A DNA stretch of 64,000 nt from Nitrospirota bacterium (GTDB lineage: Bacteria > Nitrospirota > UBA9217), in contig CAWIYV010000001.1 in the NCBI GenBank assembly GCA_963840455.1, positions 192,001-256,000 on the forward strand, given 5' to 3'. The translations under genes and the position numbers were made by a program. Below the pieces are notes generated by a model. The model was not told the DNA's origin, did not search any database, and saw only the letters and a list, made by a program, of their open reading frames with translations. Below are positions 39,425-51,445 of the stretch, in pieces (positions within the stretch are counted from its first letter, which is position 1; each line of letters begins with the position of its first letter).

Positions 39425-39631
39425 TCAATCCTTCTTTTTTCTCATGCCGCAGTTGTTCGTCCGCATCTCGGCGCACTTGTCGTCGCCGGGCAAGAAGCCA
39501 AGCCCGCAGACATGTCGCAACGGTTCGGAAGACGGGGAAAATGACGCGTCGAGGTTCTTGCTGTAGTAAACGCAGGGGACGCAGAGGGAATCGATGTGAT
39601 CCTGGTTATTGCCCGGCTGGAGCGTTTTCAT
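39425..39631 (-). CDS. Small Cys-rich hypothetical protein
   Basis: 68 aa with 5 Cys; fills the leuD-leuB gap. Confidence 0.5.
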   Translation of the reverse strand: MKTLQPGNNQDHIDSLCVPCVYYSKNLDASFSPSSEPLRHVCGLGFLPGDDKCAEMRTNNCGMRKKKD

Positions 39632-39652
39632 CAGCTTGAAGCACGCTGTCAA

Positions 39653-40150
39653 TTACAGGCCTGCCTTCTTCTTTGTATATGCCATGAGTCCGCCGGCCGC
39701 GATCAGCTCCTGCATGAAGGGCGGCACCGGTACGACCGTGAAGGTCTTGTTCGATGTAATATTGCGGATCACGCCGGCGTCTGCGTCTACCTCGACCTGG
39801 TCGCCCTCCTTGATGCCCTCGACGGCTTCGATGCTCTCGAAGATAGGGAGCCCCATGTTGAAACAGTTCCGGTAGAAGATCCGGGCAAAGCTCTTCGCGA
39901 CCACGCAGGATACCCCTGCCGCCTTGATGGCGATGGGCGCGTGCTCGCGGGACGAACCGCAGCCGAAGTTCTTGTCCGCCACCATGATGTCCCCGGGCTG
40001 CATTCTCTTCATGAAGTCGGGGGTGGTCGAATCCTCCATGCAGTGTTTCGCCAGTTCCTTCGGGTCCGAGGTGTTCAGATACCGCGCCGGGATGATGGCA
40101 TCCGTGTCGACGTCAGCGCCGAACTTCCATGCTTTGCCTTTGAATTTCAT
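39653..40150 (-). CDS. leuD: 3-isopropylmalate dehydratase small subunit
   Basis: DTDAIIP; NFGCGSSREHA; FARIFYRN. Confidence 0.95.
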   Translation of the reverse strand: MKFKGKAWKFGADVDTDAIIPARYLNTSDPKELAKHCMEDSTTPDFMKRMQPGDIMVADKNFGCGSSREHAPIAIKAAGVSCVVAKSFARIFYRNCFNMGLPIFESIEAVEGIKEGDQVEVDADAGVIRNITSNKTFTVVPVPPFMQELIAAGGLMAYTKKKAGL

Positions 40151-40167
40151 GAGAGAACCTCATATCA

Positions 40168-40239
40168 GCCACAGAGAGCACGGAGACCACAGAGAACATT
40201 ACAACATGGTTTTCTCGGTATCCTCGAGCCCTCGGCGGC
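40168..40239. repeat. Imperfect palindrome built from 9-bp units (REP-like)
   Basis: Left arm GCCACAGAG-AGCACGGAG-ACCACAGAG; complementary CTCGG-type right arm. Confidence 0.55.
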
Positions 40240-40245
40240 AAAAAG

Positions 40246-41505
40246 TTATTTCAATTCTTCCGGCCGCCCGATCCTTCCGAGCACTGCCGATGCCGCGGCG
40301 ATGGCCGGGCTGGAGAGATACACTTCGCTCTTGGGGCTGCCCATCCTGCCGACGAAGTTCCGGTTCGTTGTCGTGATGGCCGTCTCCCCGGCCGCCAGGA
40401 TCCCCATGTGCCCCCCGAGGCAGGGGCCGCAGGTCGGTGTGCTGAAAGCCGCGCCGGCATCAATGAAGACGTCCACGAGACCTTCCTTGATGGACTGCTT
40501 GTACACATCCTGCGTTGCCGGGATAACGATCATCCTGACGTAGGGATGGACCTTGTGTCCTTTGATGACCTTGGCCGCCTCGCGCATGTCCTCGATCCTG
40601 CCGTTCGTGCAGGACCCCACCACGGACTGGTCGATGTTCACCGAAGCCACTTCGCTCACCGGCTTCACGTTCTCCGGGAGATGCGGGCAGGCGACCTGTG
40701 GTTCCATGCCCGTAAGGTCGTACTCCCGCACGTCGACATAGTTCGCCTTCCTGTCGCTCTTGTAGAACTTGTATTTGCGGCGTGCGCGCTTCGCAACGTA
40801 CTTCTCTGTGATCTCGTCCGGCTCGATAATGCCGTTCTTGCCGCCGGCTTCGATGGCCATGTTGCAGATCGTGAGCCTGCCGGACATCGGCAGCTTCTTG
40901 ATTGCCTCACCGGCGAACTCCATGGCCCGGTAAAGCGCCCCGTCCACGCCGATGTCGCCGATGGTGCGCAGGATGATGTCCTTGCCTCCCACCCACCTGC
41001 CGGGCTTCCCCGTGTAGACGAATTTCATGCTCTCGGGAACCTTGAACCATGCCTCGCCCGTGATCATGGCCGCGGCCACGTCAGTGCTGCCTACGCCGGT
41101 GGAGAATGCGCCGAGACCGCCATAGGTGCACGTATGGCTGTCTGCGCCAATCACCACGTCGCCCGGCACCACGATGCCCTGCTCCGGCAGGAGGGCATGC
41201 TCGATGCCCATCCTGCCCACCTCGAAATAGAGCGAGAGGTGATGCTCACGAGAGAACTGGCGGAGCATATTGCACTGCTCGGCCGATGCAATGTCCTTGT
41301 TCGGCGCGAAATGGTCAGGGATCAGCGCGATCCGGTCGGGATCGAACACCTTTGTTGCCCCGGCTGCGCGGAACTCCTTGATCGAAATGGGCGCGGTGAT
41401 GTCGTTCGCAAGCACGACATCAAGCTTTGCGTTGATCAGTTCGCCCGGTTTTACCTCTTTTTTGCCGCAGTGCGCGGCCAGGATCTTTTCCGTTATGGTC
41501 ATCAT
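40246..41505 (-). CDS. leuC: 3-isopropylmalate dehydratase large subunit
   Basis: GADSHTCT; GSCTNGR; CGPCLG; [10 protein letters not shown]. Confidence 0.95.
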   Translation of the reverse strand: MMTITEKILAAHCGKKEVKPGELINAKLDVVLANDITAPISIKEFRAAGATKVFDPDRIALIPDHFAPNKDIASAEQCNMLRQFSREHHLSLYFEVGRMGIEHALLPEQGIVVPGDVVIGADSHTCTYGGLGAFSTGVGSTDVAAAMITGEAWFKVPESMKFVYTGKPGRWVGGKDIILRTIGDIGVDGALYRAMEFAGEAIKKLPMSGRLTICNMAIEAGGKNGIIEPDEITEKYVAKRARRKYKFYKSDRKANYVDVREYDLTGMEPQVACPHLPENVKPVSEVASVNIDQSVVGSCTNGRIEDMREAAKVIKGHKVHPYVRMIVIPATQDVYKQSIKEGLVDVFIDAGAAFSTPTCGPCLGGHMGILAAGETAITTTNRNFVGRMGSPKSEVYLSSPAIAAASAVLGRIGRPEELK

Positions 41506-41539
41506 AGTTCGAAGAATATACAACATCCCCCAGGTGGTT

Positions 41540-43069
41540 TCAACTGCTTTTTGCCCTGCCCTTTTTCCAGTACTCGAGCTTGTTCAGGGCATTGACGTAG
41601 GCCTTGGCGCTGGCAACGATGATGTCGGTGTCGGCGCCGTGGCCCGCGACCTTCTTGCCTTGCTCCTCCACCTTTACCGTAACCTCGCCCAGGGCATCGG
41701 TGCCACCGGTGATGCCCTTCACGAGATAGGCGTCAAGCTTGCTCTTGGTGCCGGTCATCGCGGCGATCGTCCGGTAGGCGGCATCCACCGGCCCGTCTCC
41801 GGTCCCGGTCTGCTTCACGATCTTGCCATTGACCTCCATCTCGACAGTGGCGGTCGGCGTGATCCCCGTTCCGCCTTCGGCCTTGAGGTCCTTGAGCACA
41901 AAGACCTCGGTGATGTGCTGCACTTCGTCGGAAATGATGGCCTCAAGATCCTCGTCGAAAACCTCTTTCTTCTGGTCGGCGAGCCGCTTGAAGCGGTCAA
42001 AGGCCTTGTTGAGGTCACCTTCCGAAAGATCGTAGCCAATCTGCTTGAGCCGGTCGCGGAAGGCATGCCTTCCGGAATGCTTGCCAAGAACGAGGTTCGT
42101 TTTGACGAGCCCCACGGACTCGGGCCGCATGATCTCGTACGTCGTCCGCTCCTTGAGCAGGCCGTCCTGGTGAATGCCCGATTCATGGGCGAAGGCGTTG
42201 GCCCCCACGATGGCCTTGTTGGGCTGTACCGGAATGCCGGTGATCTTGGTCACGAGCCTGCTCGAGCGGGTGATCTCCTCGGTGTTGATCTTCGTGTCTG
42301 CACCGAAGAAGTCCTTCCGCGTGCGGAGCGCCATCACCACCTCTTCCATGGAGCAGTTCCCGGCGCGCTCGCCGATGCCGTTCACCGTGCACTCCACCTG
42401 GCCGGCGCCATTACGGATGGCGGCGATGGCGTTCGCCACGGCGAGGCCGAGATCATTGTGGCAATGGACCGAAATGACGGCCTTGTCGATGTTCCTGACC
42501 TTTTCCTTGACGCTCCTGATCAGCGCCCCGAATTCCTCGGGCATGGCATAGCCGACCGTGTCCGGGATGTTCACCGTGCTGGCACCTGCTTCGATGACCG
42601 CTTCCACGACCTCGTGGAGATAGGCAACATCGGTCCGCGTCGCGTCCATGGGGGAGAACTCAACGTCGTCAACATAGGAACGGGCATGCCTTACCATCTC
42701 GACGGAGCGCTTGAGCGCCTCGTCGCGCGATATCCGGTACTGGTGCTTGAGATGGATATCGGACGTCGAGTGGAAGGTATGGATGCGCCGTTTCGGAGCT
42801 TCCTTCAGCGCCTCCCAGGCCCGGTCAATGTCCTCCTTCTTGGCCCGAGCCAGGCTGCAGATGATCGGCCCTTCGACCTCGCTGCCGATGCGCTTGATGG
42901 ACTCGAAATCGCCGGGAGAGCTGATGGCGAAGCCGGCTTCGATGATGTCAACGCCGAGCCGTGCAAGCTGCTTTGCCAAGGTGATCTTTTCCTCGACGTT
43001 CATGCTCGCCCCGGGGGATTGTTCGCCGTCGCGGAGCGTGGTATCGAATATCTTAATGGTCCTGCTCAT
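41540..43069 (-). CDS. leuA: 2-isopropylmalate synthase
   Basis: DTTLRDGEQ; HCHNDLG; [10 protein letters not shown]. Confidence 0.95.
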   Translation of the reverse strand: MSRTIKIFDTTLRDGEQSPGASMNVEEKITLAKQLARLGVDIIEAGFAISSPGDFESIKRIGSEVEGPIICSLARAKKEDIDRAWEALKEAPKRRIHTFHSTSDIHLKHQYRISRDEALKRSVEMVRHARSYVDDVEFSPMDATRTDVAYLHEVVEAVIEAGASTVNIPDTVGYAMPEEFGALIRSVKEKVRNIDKAVISVHCHNDLGLAVANAIAAIRNGAGQVECTVNGIGERAGNCSMEEVVMALRTRKDFFGADTKINTEEITRSSRLVTKITGIPVQPNKAIVGANAFAHESGIHQDGLLKERTTYEIMRPESVGLVKTNLVLGKHSGRHAFRDRLKQIGYDLSEGDLNKAFDRFKRLADQKKEVFDEDLEAIISDEVQHITEVFVLKDLKAEGGTGITPTATVEMEVNGKIVKQTGTGDGPVDAAYRTIAAMTGTKSKLDAYLVKGITGGTDALGEVTVKVEEQGKKVAGHGADTDIIVASAKAYVNALNKLEYWKKGRAKSS

Positions 43070-43173
43070 ACTATCCTCCGCATCGAAATCGCTTCGATGA
43101 TAGAAATCCGTTTAGAAAAGAGATGCGACGGAGTCGGCGACTCTGTGCCTTGCCGCCCGCCGCTCCCGCCCTT

Positions 43174-43920
43174 TTACGCTGCAGCCTTCTGTCGTTTCAG
43201 AAGCTTGAAGAGCGCCTCGCCGATGCCCGCAAGGACATAGGCAAGCGAGATGAGGAACAGCACGAGGGCTGGATGGTAGGCCACGACCACCAGGAGCGCA
43301 ACGATCGCTACCAGCAGGCCGAAGGGCCTCCGCTCCTTCAGGTTCGCTTCCTTCACGCTGTGATAGGTGATATTGCTCACCATGAGCCCGGCAACGATGA
43401 AGGTCATCGCCAGGACCCAGTAATCGAGGCTGATCATGTCCGCAATTCCCGCGAGATGCATCTCCTTCAGCGTATCGATGACCTCCTGGTACGCCAGGAC
43501 CGTGGTCGCGATCATCAGGGCAGCCGCAGGCGACGGCAGGCCCGTGAAGTGCTTCTTCTCCTCGCTGCCCATCTGCACATTGAACCGGGCCAGCCGGAGT
43601 GCAGCGCAGGCGACCATGAAGAATGCGCCGAGCCAGCCGATCTTGCCGAACGACTGGAGCGACCAGCTGTAGACCAGCACGCCAGGGGCAACGCCGAACG
43701 ATATGGCGTCGGACAGAGAATCGATCTCAATGCCGAAACGCGTGGCCGTATGCGTCATCCGCGCCACCCAGCCGTCAAGCACATCGAACACAGACGCCAC
43801 CAGGATCGCCCACGCTGCCCGCTCATAATCGGAGTTAAAGGAGGCGATGATGGAGTAGAAACCGGCGAACATGCTCGACAGCGTTATCAGGTTGGGGAGC
43901 AGGTATATCCCTTTTCTCAT
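43174..43920 (-). CDS. pssA: Phosphatidylserine synthase (CDP-alcohol type)
   Basis: DGWVAR...G.EIDSLSD; RLARFN; FTGLP. Confidence 0.92.
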   Translation of the reverse strand: MRKGIYLLPNLITLSSMFAGFYSIIASFNSDYERAAWAILVASVFDVLDGWVARMTHTATRFGIEIDSLSDAISFGVAPGVLVYSWSLQSFGKIGWLGAFFMVACAALRLARFNVQMGSEEKKHFTGLPSPAAALMIATTVLAYQEVIDTLKEMHLAGIADMISLDYWVLAMTFIVAGLMVSNITYHSVKEANLKERRPFGLLVAIVALLVVVAYHPALVLFLISLAYVLAGIGEALFKLLKRQKAAA

Positions 43921-44561
43921 TTGATGACTCCGATGACGTCCCGCGCACCCTTGATCCGGTCGCCGACCTTGACCATCAGGTCGGTGTTCTTCGGAAGGAA
44001 CAGATCAACCCGGGAGCCGAACCGGATCAGGCCGTACCGCTCCCCGGCCTTCACCGTGTCGCCCGTTTTCGCGTAGCACACGATGCGGCGGGCAATGAGC
44101 CCGGCGATCTGCTTGACCAGCACCTTGTTCTTCCCATCCGAGATCACCATGCCTGTCTGCTCATTGTCCAGCGAAGCCTTGTCCACCGAAGCCACGAGGA
44201 ACTTGCCGGGGTTGTATTTGACCGTCTCGACGGTCCCGCCGATGGGCGTCCGGTTCACGTGCACGTTGAACACGGACAGGAAGATGCTGATCTGCTTCAC
44301 GTCCTGCTTGAGATAATCCGGCTCGTAGATGTCCTTGATGACGATCACCTTGCCGTCGGCAGGAGAAACAACGATACCCTTGCCTTCGGATATGGTCCTC
44401 TCCGGATCGCGGAAGAAGAACAGCACGAACAGCAAGAGCGCGAACGCCACGTATCCCATATGCTTCCAGCCGAGAAGAACGCAGAGGACCGTCACCGCTG
44501 CCAAAGGAAGGATGAATGGCCATCCCTCGGCGGCCACCGGTATTCCGTAGTTTTTCATCAT
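43917..44561 (-). CDS. psd: Phosphatidylserine decarboxylase
   Basis: FFRDPER; SPADG; NVHVNR; RFGSRVD. Confidence 0.92.
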   Translation of the reverse strand: MMKNYGIPVAAEGWPFILPLAAVTVLCVLLGWKHMGYVAFALLLFVLFFFRDPERTISEGKGIVVSPADGKVIVIKDIYEPDYLKQDVKQISIFLSVFNVHVNRTPIGGTVETVKYNPGKFLVASVDKASLDNEQTGMVISDGKNKVLVKQIAGLIARRIVCYAKTGDTVKAGERYGLIRFGSRVDLFLPKNTDLMVKVGDRIKGARDVIGVIK

Positions 44562-44594
44562 AATAGGTTCGTTATCTCCTGGCTCCTGTAGCCC

Positions 44595-45611
44595 CTAATT
44601 CTTGCTCTTGTCCACGAGCTTGCCCTTCTGGAGCCAGGGCATCATCTTCCGGAGCCTGCCACCCACCTCCTCGATGGGATGGGCCTGTCCCTTCTTCGTC
44701 AAGGCATTGAACGTCGGCTTGTTCGCCATGTTCTCGAGCATCCACTCCTTCGCGAACTGGCCGGACTGGATCTCGGCGAGGATCTTCTTCATCTCCTTCT
44801 TGGTCTCCTCGGTGACGATACGGGGACCGCGGGTCAGGTCGCCATACTGTGCCGTGTTGCTGATGGAATACCGCATGTTCGAGATGCCCCCCTCGTAGAT
44901 CAGGTCCACGATGAGCTTGAGCTCATGGAGACATTCGAAATAGGCCATCTCCGGCGCGTAGCCTGCCTCGACAAGGGTCTCATAGCCGGCCTGGATCAAT
45001 GCCGTCGCACCGCCGCACAGCACCGCCTGCTCGCCGAAGAGGTCCGTCTCGGTCTCCTCGCGGAACGAGGTCTCGATGACGCCTGCCCGGGCGCAGCCGA
45101 TGGCAGACGCATAGGCCAGCGCCATGTCGCGGGTCTTGCCCGACGGGTCCTGATGGACCGCGATCAATCCCGGAACGCCCTCGCCCTTCACGTACTGGGA
45201 ACGGACGAGATGACCAGGGCTCTTCGGCGCCGCCATGAACACGTTGATGTCCTCGCCCGGCACGATCTGTCCGAAGTGGATGTTGAAGCCATGGGCGAAG
45301 GCGAGGAACGCGCCCTTCTTGATGTTCGCCTCGATGTCCTTCTTGTACATGCCGCCCTGCAGTTCATCGGGAACCAGGACCATGATGATGTCGGCGGTCT
45401 TGGCCGCCTCCGCCACCTCGACCACCTTCAGCCCGGCGCCGGCAGCCTTTTCCCAGGACTTGCTCCCCTTCCGGAGCCCGACCATCACATCGATGCCGCT
45501 CTCCTTCAGGTTGTTCGAATGGGCGAAGCCCTGGCTCCCGTACCCGATCACCGCTACCTTCTTGCCCTTGAGCAGGCCCATGTCCGCGTCTTTCTCGTAG
45601 TAGATCTTCAT
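44595..45611 (-). CDS. ilvC: Ketol-acid reductoisomerase
   Basis: GYGSQG; [10 protein letters not shown]. Confidence 0.97.
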   Translation of the reverse strand: MKIYYEKDADMGLLKGKKVAVIGYGSQGFAHSNNLKESGIDVMVGLRKGSKSWEKAAGAGLKVVEVAEAAKTADIIMVLVPDELQGGMYKKDIEANIKKGAFLAFAHGFNIHFGQIVPGEDINVFMAAPKSPGHLVRSQYVKGEGVPGLIAVHQDPSGKTRDMALAYASAIGCARAGVIETSFREETETDLFGEQAVLCGGATALIQAGYETLVEAGYAPEMAYFECLHELKLIVDLIYEGGISNMRYSISNTAQYGDLTRGPRIVTEETKKEMKKILAEIQSGQFAKEWMLENMANKPTFNALTKKGQAHPIEEVGGRLRKMMPWLQKGKLVDKSKN

Positions 45612-45643
45612 CGTATCCCCTTTCAAAATATATGCAGCCGTAT

Positions 45644-46276
45644 CTATTGTATCTTCTTTTTGAACTCATCATCTTTCAGCAGCTGGTTCAGCGCCGACGA
45701 CAGCGCCTCTGAAAGAGCGTCTGCCGTTGTATCGAATGAGAATGCAACGTCCTGGCGCTCCATTTTGCTGTTTAGGACCAGTGTACGGAATATTTTTTTC
45801 TCCGCACCATCAGCCGCAAATACCCTGAGTTGGACCGCGGCAGAGGTCTTGACATTCAGCGGCTGGGATACGACGTCTACCCAGAGCGTCTTGATCTCTC
45901 CGCCGATGAGGATGTTCATGCCGTCGGCCTTGATCGTCTCGGCACGCAGGTCCCATACCGGCGCGTCCTTGACGGTGACGCCCCGAGCCTTAAGCGCATC
46001 CTTTAACCCGGCAGTTACGAGATCGGCCACCGTGCCCTGCACGACAAGATCGTTCTCGATAGAATTGCTGATCGTCCGTTTGCCGAGGATCGATGTGGTC
46101 TTGCCGCGCTCATCCTTGAACGGGCTCACCCCGACCACCACGTTCGCAGTTCCGGTCACCGTCCCCTCGGGTACCTGGTATTTGACGCCTTCCAGAAGCA
46201 CGGGTCCCTTCTCCGCGCAGGCCGAAAGAGACAGCAGTGCTCCAGCAAGCACCACGATGCATAGGTTCTTTTTCAT
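45644..46276 (-). CDS. Lipoprotein, YajG-like
   Basis: Lipobox LSAC; GGAGG RBS. Confidence 0.65.
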   Translation of the reverse strand: MKKNLCIVVLAGALLSLSACAEKGPVLLEGVKYQVPEGTVTGTANVVVGVSPFKDERGKTTSILGKRTISNSIENDLVVQGTVADLVTAGLKDALKARGVTVKDAPVWDLRAETIKADGMNILIGGEIKTLWVDVVSQPLNVKTSAAVQLRVFAADGAEKKIFRTLVLNSKMERQDVAFSFDTTADALSEALSSALNQLLKDDEFKKKIQ

Positions 46277-46384
46277 GGGCGTACACCTCCAAAAATAACG
46301 ATGGACATCGGGTTCCCGATGTCCGTAGAGCGTGCGTCGGGCCGGAAACCGAATTCCACGACATTAAAAGATACTGTCGGGAAC

Positions 46385-46858
46385 CTACTCCCGGGTGATG
46401 GCGACCTTGCCGGTGCGGACGATATCCTTGATGCCCATGGGCTTGAGGAGTTCGATGAACGCCGCGATCTTCTTCTCGTCCCCGGTCACCTGGAAGGTGT
46501 AGGACTTCTGGGTGGAGTCCACAACGCGGGCACGGAAGATGTCGGCGATCCGAAGCGCCTCGGACCGGTGCTCCTGCGGCGTGTTGATCTTGATCAAACA
46601 CATCTCGCGCTCGACGAATTCCTTGTCGGCAAAGTCGGTGACCTTGATGACATCAATGAGCTTGTTGAGCTGTTTGATGATCTGCTCCAGGATCCGCTCG
46701 TCCCCGGTGGTCACGATGGTCATCTGGGATATGGAGGGATCGAGGGTCGGGCCGATCGAGATGGTCTCGATGTTGAACCCCCTGCCGCTGAACAGCCCGG
46801 ACACCCGCGACAGCACACCGAATTTATTTTCAACAAGAACCGATATGATGTGTTTCAT
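46385..46858 (-). CDS. ilvN: Acetolactate synthase small subunit
   Basis: ENKFGVLSRVSGLFSGRGFNI ACT domain. Confidence 0.95.
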   Translation of the reverse strand: MKHIISVLVENKFGVLSRVSGLFSGRGFNIETISIGPTLDPSISQMTIVTTGDERILEQIIKQLNKLIDVIKVTDFADKEFVEREMCLIKINTPQEHRSEALRIADIFRARVVDSTQKSYTFQVTGDEKKIAAFIELLKPMGIKDIVRTGKVAITRE

Positions 46859-46913
46859 GGTCGCTATCACCGTTCAAGAGTGGTTTCTTTCTGTTCAGCG
46901 ATCCGTGATCGCC

Positions 46914-48653
46914 TTACTTCACGGCCTTCAATTTCTTTTCTTCCTTCTTCTTCTCATCGCCGAAGATCATCTCGTTGATCGAGGCCCCGGCAGGCACCAT
47001 GGGGAAGACCTTCTCATACCGGGCGGTCACGAAATCCATGAACACCGTCCGCTTGGCCTTCATCGCCTCCTTGAGCACCGGCACCACCTCGGAGGGTTTC
47101 ACCGCCCGCAGCCCGATGGCGCCGTACGCCTCGGCCAGCTTCACGAAGTCCGGCGTGCTGCCCAGGTCCACGGACGAATACCGCTCCTGGTAGAACAGTT
47201 CCTGCCACTGCCTGACCATGCCGAGGAACCGGTTATTCAGGATGACCACCTTCACCGGGATGTTGTTCTCGATGGAGGTCGCGATCTCCTGGATGTTCAT
47301 CTGGATGCTGCCGTCGCCCGAGATGCTGAACACGTTCTTCTCCGGATGGGCGACCTTGGCGCCGATGGCCGCCGGGAACCCGTAGCCCATGGTCCCGAGG
47401 CCGCCGGAGGAGAGCCACATCCGCGGCTTATCGTATTTGTAGAACTGCGCCGCCCACATCTGGTGCTGGCCCACGTCGGTGACGATGATCGCGTCGCCGC
47501 CGGTGAGCTCGTAGAGCTTCTCGATCACGAACTGCGGCTTGATGACCTCATCGGACTGCTCATACGTAAGCGGCCGCTCCTCCCGCCAGGCGTCGATCTG
47601 CTTGAGCCAGCTCTTGCGGATCGCGTCCCAGGGCTCCTTGATGGCGCGCAGTTCCTTGTTGAGCTCCACCATGACGTGCTTCACGTCGCCGACGACCGGG
47701 ATGTCCACTCGTACGTTCTTGCGGATGGACGTGGGGTCCACGTCGATGTGGATGATCTTGGCCTCGGGCGCGAACCCCTCCACCTTGCCCGTTACGCGGT
47801 CGTCGAACCTCGCGCCGATGGCGACGATGAGGTCTGAGTTGTGGATCGCCATGTTCGCATAGTAGGTCCCGTGCATGCCGAGCATGCCGAGCGACAGCGG
47901 GTGCGTCCCCGGGAAACCGCCGATGCCCATGAGCGTGTGGGTCACCGGGACCTTCGTGATCTCGGCGAACTCAAGGATCTCCTTGGCGGCGTTCGAGAGG
48001 ATGACGCCGCCTCCGATATAGGCGACAGGCCGTTTTGCCGCGGCAATGGCCTCGGCTGCCTGCTTGATCTGGCGCTTGTTGCCCTCGACCGTAGGGTTAT
48101 AGCTCCGGATCTTCACCTTCTCGGGATAGTGGAACTCAGTCTTGGCCGTCACCACGTCGCGCGGCAGGTCGATCAGCACTGGCCCGGGCCTCCCCGACGC
48201 CGCGATATAGAAGGCCTCCTTGATGGTCTGGGCCAGTTCGTTCACGTCCTTCACCAGGTAGTTGTACTTGGTGCAGGGCCGCGTGATGCCGACGATATCC
48301 GCCTCCTGGAAAGCGTCGTTCCCGATGAGCGCCGTGGGGACCTGGCCGGTGAACACCACAAGGGGGATGGAGTCCATGGACGCCGTCGCAAGCGCGGTGA
48401 CCACGTTCGTGGCCCCGGGGCCTGACGTGACGAGCGCCACGCCGACCTTGCCCGTGGAGCGGGCATAGCCGTCGGCCATGTGCACGCCGCCCTGCTCGTG
48501 CCGCGGCAGGATGTACCGTATGTCCTTCTGCTCGTAGAGCGCGTCGAAGATCTTGAGCACCACGCCGCCGGGATAGGCAAAGATGGTGTCGACCTTCTCC
48601 TTCTTCAGGCATTCGATGAAGATTTCTGCTCCGGTTATCTGTTTGCTCGACAT
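46914..48653 (-). CDS. ilvB: Acetolactate synthase large subunit
   Basis: RHEQG; TSGPGATN; GDGSIQMN; GMVRQWQ. Confidence 0.97.
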   Translation of the reverse strand: MSSKQITGAEIFIECLKKEKVDTIFAYPGGVVLKIFDALYEQKDIRYILPRHEQGGVHMADGYARSTGKVGVALVTSGPGATNVVTALATASMDSIPLVVFTGQVPTALIGNDAFQEADIVGITRPCTKYNYLVKDVNELAQTIKEAFYIAASGRPGPVLIDLPRDVVTAKTEFHYPEKVKIRSYNPTVEGNKRQIKQAAEAIAAAKRPVAYIGGGVILSNAAKEILEFAEITKVPVTHTLMGIGGFPGTHPLSLGMLGMHGTYYANMAIHNSDLIVAIGARFDDRVTGKVEGFAPEAKIIHIDVDPTSIRKNVRVDIPVVGDVKHVMVELNKELRAIKEPWDAIRKSWLKQIDAWREERPLTYEQSDEVIKPQFVIEKLYELTGGDAIIVTDVGQHQMWAAQFYKYDKPRMWLSSGGLGTMGYGFPAAIGAKVAHPEKNVFSISGDGSIQMNIQEIATSIENNIPVKVVILNNRFLGMVRQWQELFYQERYSSVDLGSTPDFVKLAEAYGAIGLRAVKPSEVVPVLKEAMKAKRTVFMDFVTARYEKVFPMVPAGASINEMIFGDEKKKEEKKLKAVK

Positions 48654-48699
48654 AGGATTTCCTCGTGGTGCTAGCTAGCGTGCAGGCCTGCCGGCCTGA

Positions 48700-50352
48700 T
48701 TATGCCTTCACGATCGCCCCGGTGTTCGCCGAGGTGACGACCTTCGCGTACCGCGCGAGCCATCCCGTCGTGATCTTCGGCTTCCGGGGCTTCCATTTCG
48801 CGAGCCGTTTCTTGATCTCCGCCTGGGACAGCTTGACCTGCAGCCTGCGGCCCGGGATGTCGAGAACGATCTTGTCGCCGTTCTTCACGATCGCAATGGG
48901 CCCGCCTTCCGCCGCCTCGGGGGACACGTGGCCGATGCACGGCCCTTTGGTCCCGCCCGAGAACCTGCCGTCGGTGATGAGCACCACGGACTCGCCGAGG
49001 CCCATGCCCATGATGGCGGATGTGGGCGAGAGCATCTCGCGCATGCCCGGTCCGCCTTTGGGGCCCTCGTAGCGGATGACGATGGCATGGCCTGCCTTGA
49101 TCCTCCCGCCCATGATCGCAGCCATGGCCTCGTCTTCGGAGTCGAAGACCACGGCCGTGCCTTCGAACCGCATCATCTTCTCGCTCACCGCGGTCTGCTT
49201 GATCACCGAGCCCTTCGGCGCAAGGTTCCCCGAGAGCACGGCGATGCCGCCCTCGCGGTGATAGGCCTTGTCGATCGGACGGATGACGTCCGCATTCCTC
49301 ACCCTGCCGGCCTTTGCCAGCGCAACGATGGACCTCCCGCTCACGGTCGGGGAATCCTTCAGGACCGATGCGAACCGTGAGAGCACACCCGGGATGCCGC
49401 CCGCGGCGTCGAGGTCCTCGAGATAGTGCTGGCCTCCCGGGAGCATGTTGCAGATATGGGGCGTCCTCCTGCTGATCGCATCGAAGATCGATATCGGCAG
49501 TTCGATGCCAGCCTCATGGGCGATCGCAGGGATATGGAGCGATGTGTTCGTCGAGCCGCCGAGCGCCATGTCGATCCTGATGGCGTTCTCGAAGGCATTT
49601 CTGGTCATGATCTTTCTGGGGGTCAGCCCCTCCTTCACCATACCGACGATCCGACTGCCGCTCTCGAATGCGATGCGGCGCTTTTCGCCCGATACGGCCA
49701 GGGCCGTCGCACAGCCGGGCAGGCTCATGCCGATGGCTTCGGTCACGCAGGCCATGGTGTTCGCCGTGAACATGCCCTGGCAGGACCCCGGGCCGGGGCA
49801 CGCGCACATCTCGAGTTCGGCGAGGTCCGCGCGGGACATCTCACCCTTCTTCACCTTCCCCACCGCCTCGAAAGCGCTGATAAGGTGCACCCGCTGTCCG
49901 CGGAAATTGCCCGAGTGCATGGGCCCCGCAGTGACGACGATGGTCGGAATGTCGAGCCGCGCGGCCGCCATGATCATGCCCGGCGTGATCTTGTCGCAGT
50001 TCGTGAGCAGCACCAGGCCGTCAAAGGCATGGGCTGTAGCTACAGATTCGACGATATCGGCAATGAGCTCCCGCGAAGGAAGCGAGTAGTGCATGCCCAC
50101 GTGGCCCATGGCGATGCCATCACAGATCCCCGGCAGGCCGAAGAACAGCGGCCAGCCTCCTCCCGCGTGCACGCCCTTTTCGATGAAACGCTCGAGGTCG
50201 CGCATGCCGATATGGCCGGGGATGAGATCGGTGAAGCTCGTCGCCACGCCGATCATGGGCAGGTCGAGCCCCTTGCGGGTGATGCCGGTGGCGAACAGGA
50301 GCGACCGGTGACCTGCTCGCTCGATGCCTTTCTTGATCCTGTCGCTTCTCAA
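48700..50352 (-). CDS. ilvD: Dihydroxy-acid dehydratase
   Basis: CDGIAMGH; CDKITPG; TDGRFSG; TTG start. Confidence 0.95.
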   Translation of the reverse strand: MRSDRIKKGIERAGHRSLLFATGITRKGLDLPMIGVATSFTDLIPGHIGMRDLERFIEKGVHAGGGWPLFFGLPGICDGIAMGHVGMHYSLPSRELIADIVESVATAHAFDGLVLLTNCDKITPGMIMAAARLDIPTIVVTAGPMHSGNFRGQRVHLISAFEAVGKVKKGEMSRADLAELEMCACPGPGSCQGMFTANTMACVTEAIGMSLPGCATALAVSGEKRRIAFESGSRIVGMVKEGLTPRKIMTRNAFENAIRIDMALGGSTNTSLHIPAIAHEAGIELPISIFDAISRRTPHICNMLPGGQHYLEDLDAAGGIPGVLSRFASVLKDSPTVSGRSIVALAKAGRVRNADVIRPIDKAYHREGGIAVLSGNLAPKGSVIKQTAVSEKMMRFEGTAVVFDSEDEAMAAIMGGRIKAGHAIVIRYEGPKGGPGMREMLSPTSAIMGMGLGESVVLITDGRFSGGTKGPCIGHVSPEAAEGGPIAIVKNGDKIVLDIPGRRLQVKLSQAEIKKRLAKWKPRKPKITTGWLARYAKVVTSANTGAIVKA

Positions 50353-50415
50353 AATGGACGCTCCCTGGGCAAAAATAGTCATTATTTTTAACATAGATAG
50401 AGCAGGAGAGTCAAT

Positions 50416-50455
50416 AAAAAAATCCCCCCCTACGATCTCCGTAAGGAGGGATTTT
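50416..50455 (-). terminator. Intrinsic terminator
   Basis: Long GC stem with T-run on - strand after the DUF465 gene. Confidence 0.7.
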
Positions 50456-50514
50456 CGCAAAACCAGGTGTACTGAAAATACAAAAGGCAAGGGATCACCC
50501 TTGCCTTCTTCTCA

Positions 50515-50760
50515 TCAGGCGTTGCCAGCCTTTGCCCGCCTGAGCATTTCCATCATTTTGTCTTTTGCCGCCAGCTTCAGCTTCTGCAGCCGTCTCCGCT
50601 CGATCTCTTCCTCAGGGCTGAGGTACACATGGATCTCGAAGTTCATCAGTTCCTTGTCGATCTTGCGGTGCTCCTGCTCCAGCCGCTGGAACTCCGCGTT
50701 CTCTGTCCTGAGCTTTGCCCTTAGTGCTTCCTCAGATACCTCCATCACATTCATAAGCAT
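50515..50760 (-). CDS. DUF465 (YdcH-like) protein
   Basis: EF..L..EH..D......L.K.KL..KD pattern. Confidence 0.8.
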   Translation of the reverse strand: MLMNVMEVSEEALRAKLRTENAEFQRLEQEHRKIDKELMNFEIHVYLSPEEEIERRRLQKLKLAAKDKMMEMLRRAKAGNA

Positions 50761-50923
50761 GCCCTCCTTTTATAAGTTCGGGACTTTTTGAATGACGAGA
50801 AGACCGGGATCAGACTATTTAATTTATAAAAAAATTTAACACAAATGTCGCGAAAAGGCAAGGCAAAATATCTTGAGAATGACCTGGCTTTTATATTGCA
50901 TTATCAACAACTTAAAAAATATT

Positions 50924-51445
50924 TTATGGTTTTCCAGACTTCCTTCCACCCACGGGTTCGTTCAGCAATAACGCCATGGCATTTCGTTCAAGCGACATGA
51001 CCACTGCATCCTCGACCGGCATGTCATAGTATCCTTCGCGAATGAGCGAACGGGTGAAGCCGAGGCCTTCATAGAGCAAAAGCGCTGCCTGATTCGAGGC
51101 CCGCACCTCGAGAAATACCCGCGATGCGCCGACCGCATCTCCCTCCCTGATCGCGGCAAGCACGAGCATGCGGGCAATACCTTTGCGGCGCCAAGAAGGC
51201 TCGGTTGCCAGGTCCAGGATATGCAGTTCGTCCGCAACGGCCCAGCAGACGATATAACCGATGATCCTCCCACCGCTATCCGAAGACCGCGCGACCAGCA
51301 TGAGCGACACCGTCGGATTCCGGAATTCCGACAGGAACAGGTTCCGCGACCAGGGCATCGTGAACGATGCCTGCTCGATGGCAAGGACCTGGTCAATGTC
51401 CTCCCGGGTCATGCGGTCTATCGTGATCGTTCCCGTTTCTCCCAT
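50924..51445 (-). CDS. rimI: Ribosomal protein N-acetyltransferase
   Basis: GNAT RRKGIA; LEVRASN; R.GYY; adjacent to tsaB. Confidence 0.88.
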   Translation of the reverse strand: MGETGTITIDRMTREDIDQVLAIEQASFTMPWSRNLFLSEFRNPTVSLMLVARSSDSGGRIIGYIVCWAVADELHILDLATEPSWRRKGIARMLVLAAIREGDAVGASRVFLEVRASNQAALLLYEGLGFTRSLIREGYYDMPVEDAVVMSLERNAMALLLNEPVGGRKSGKP

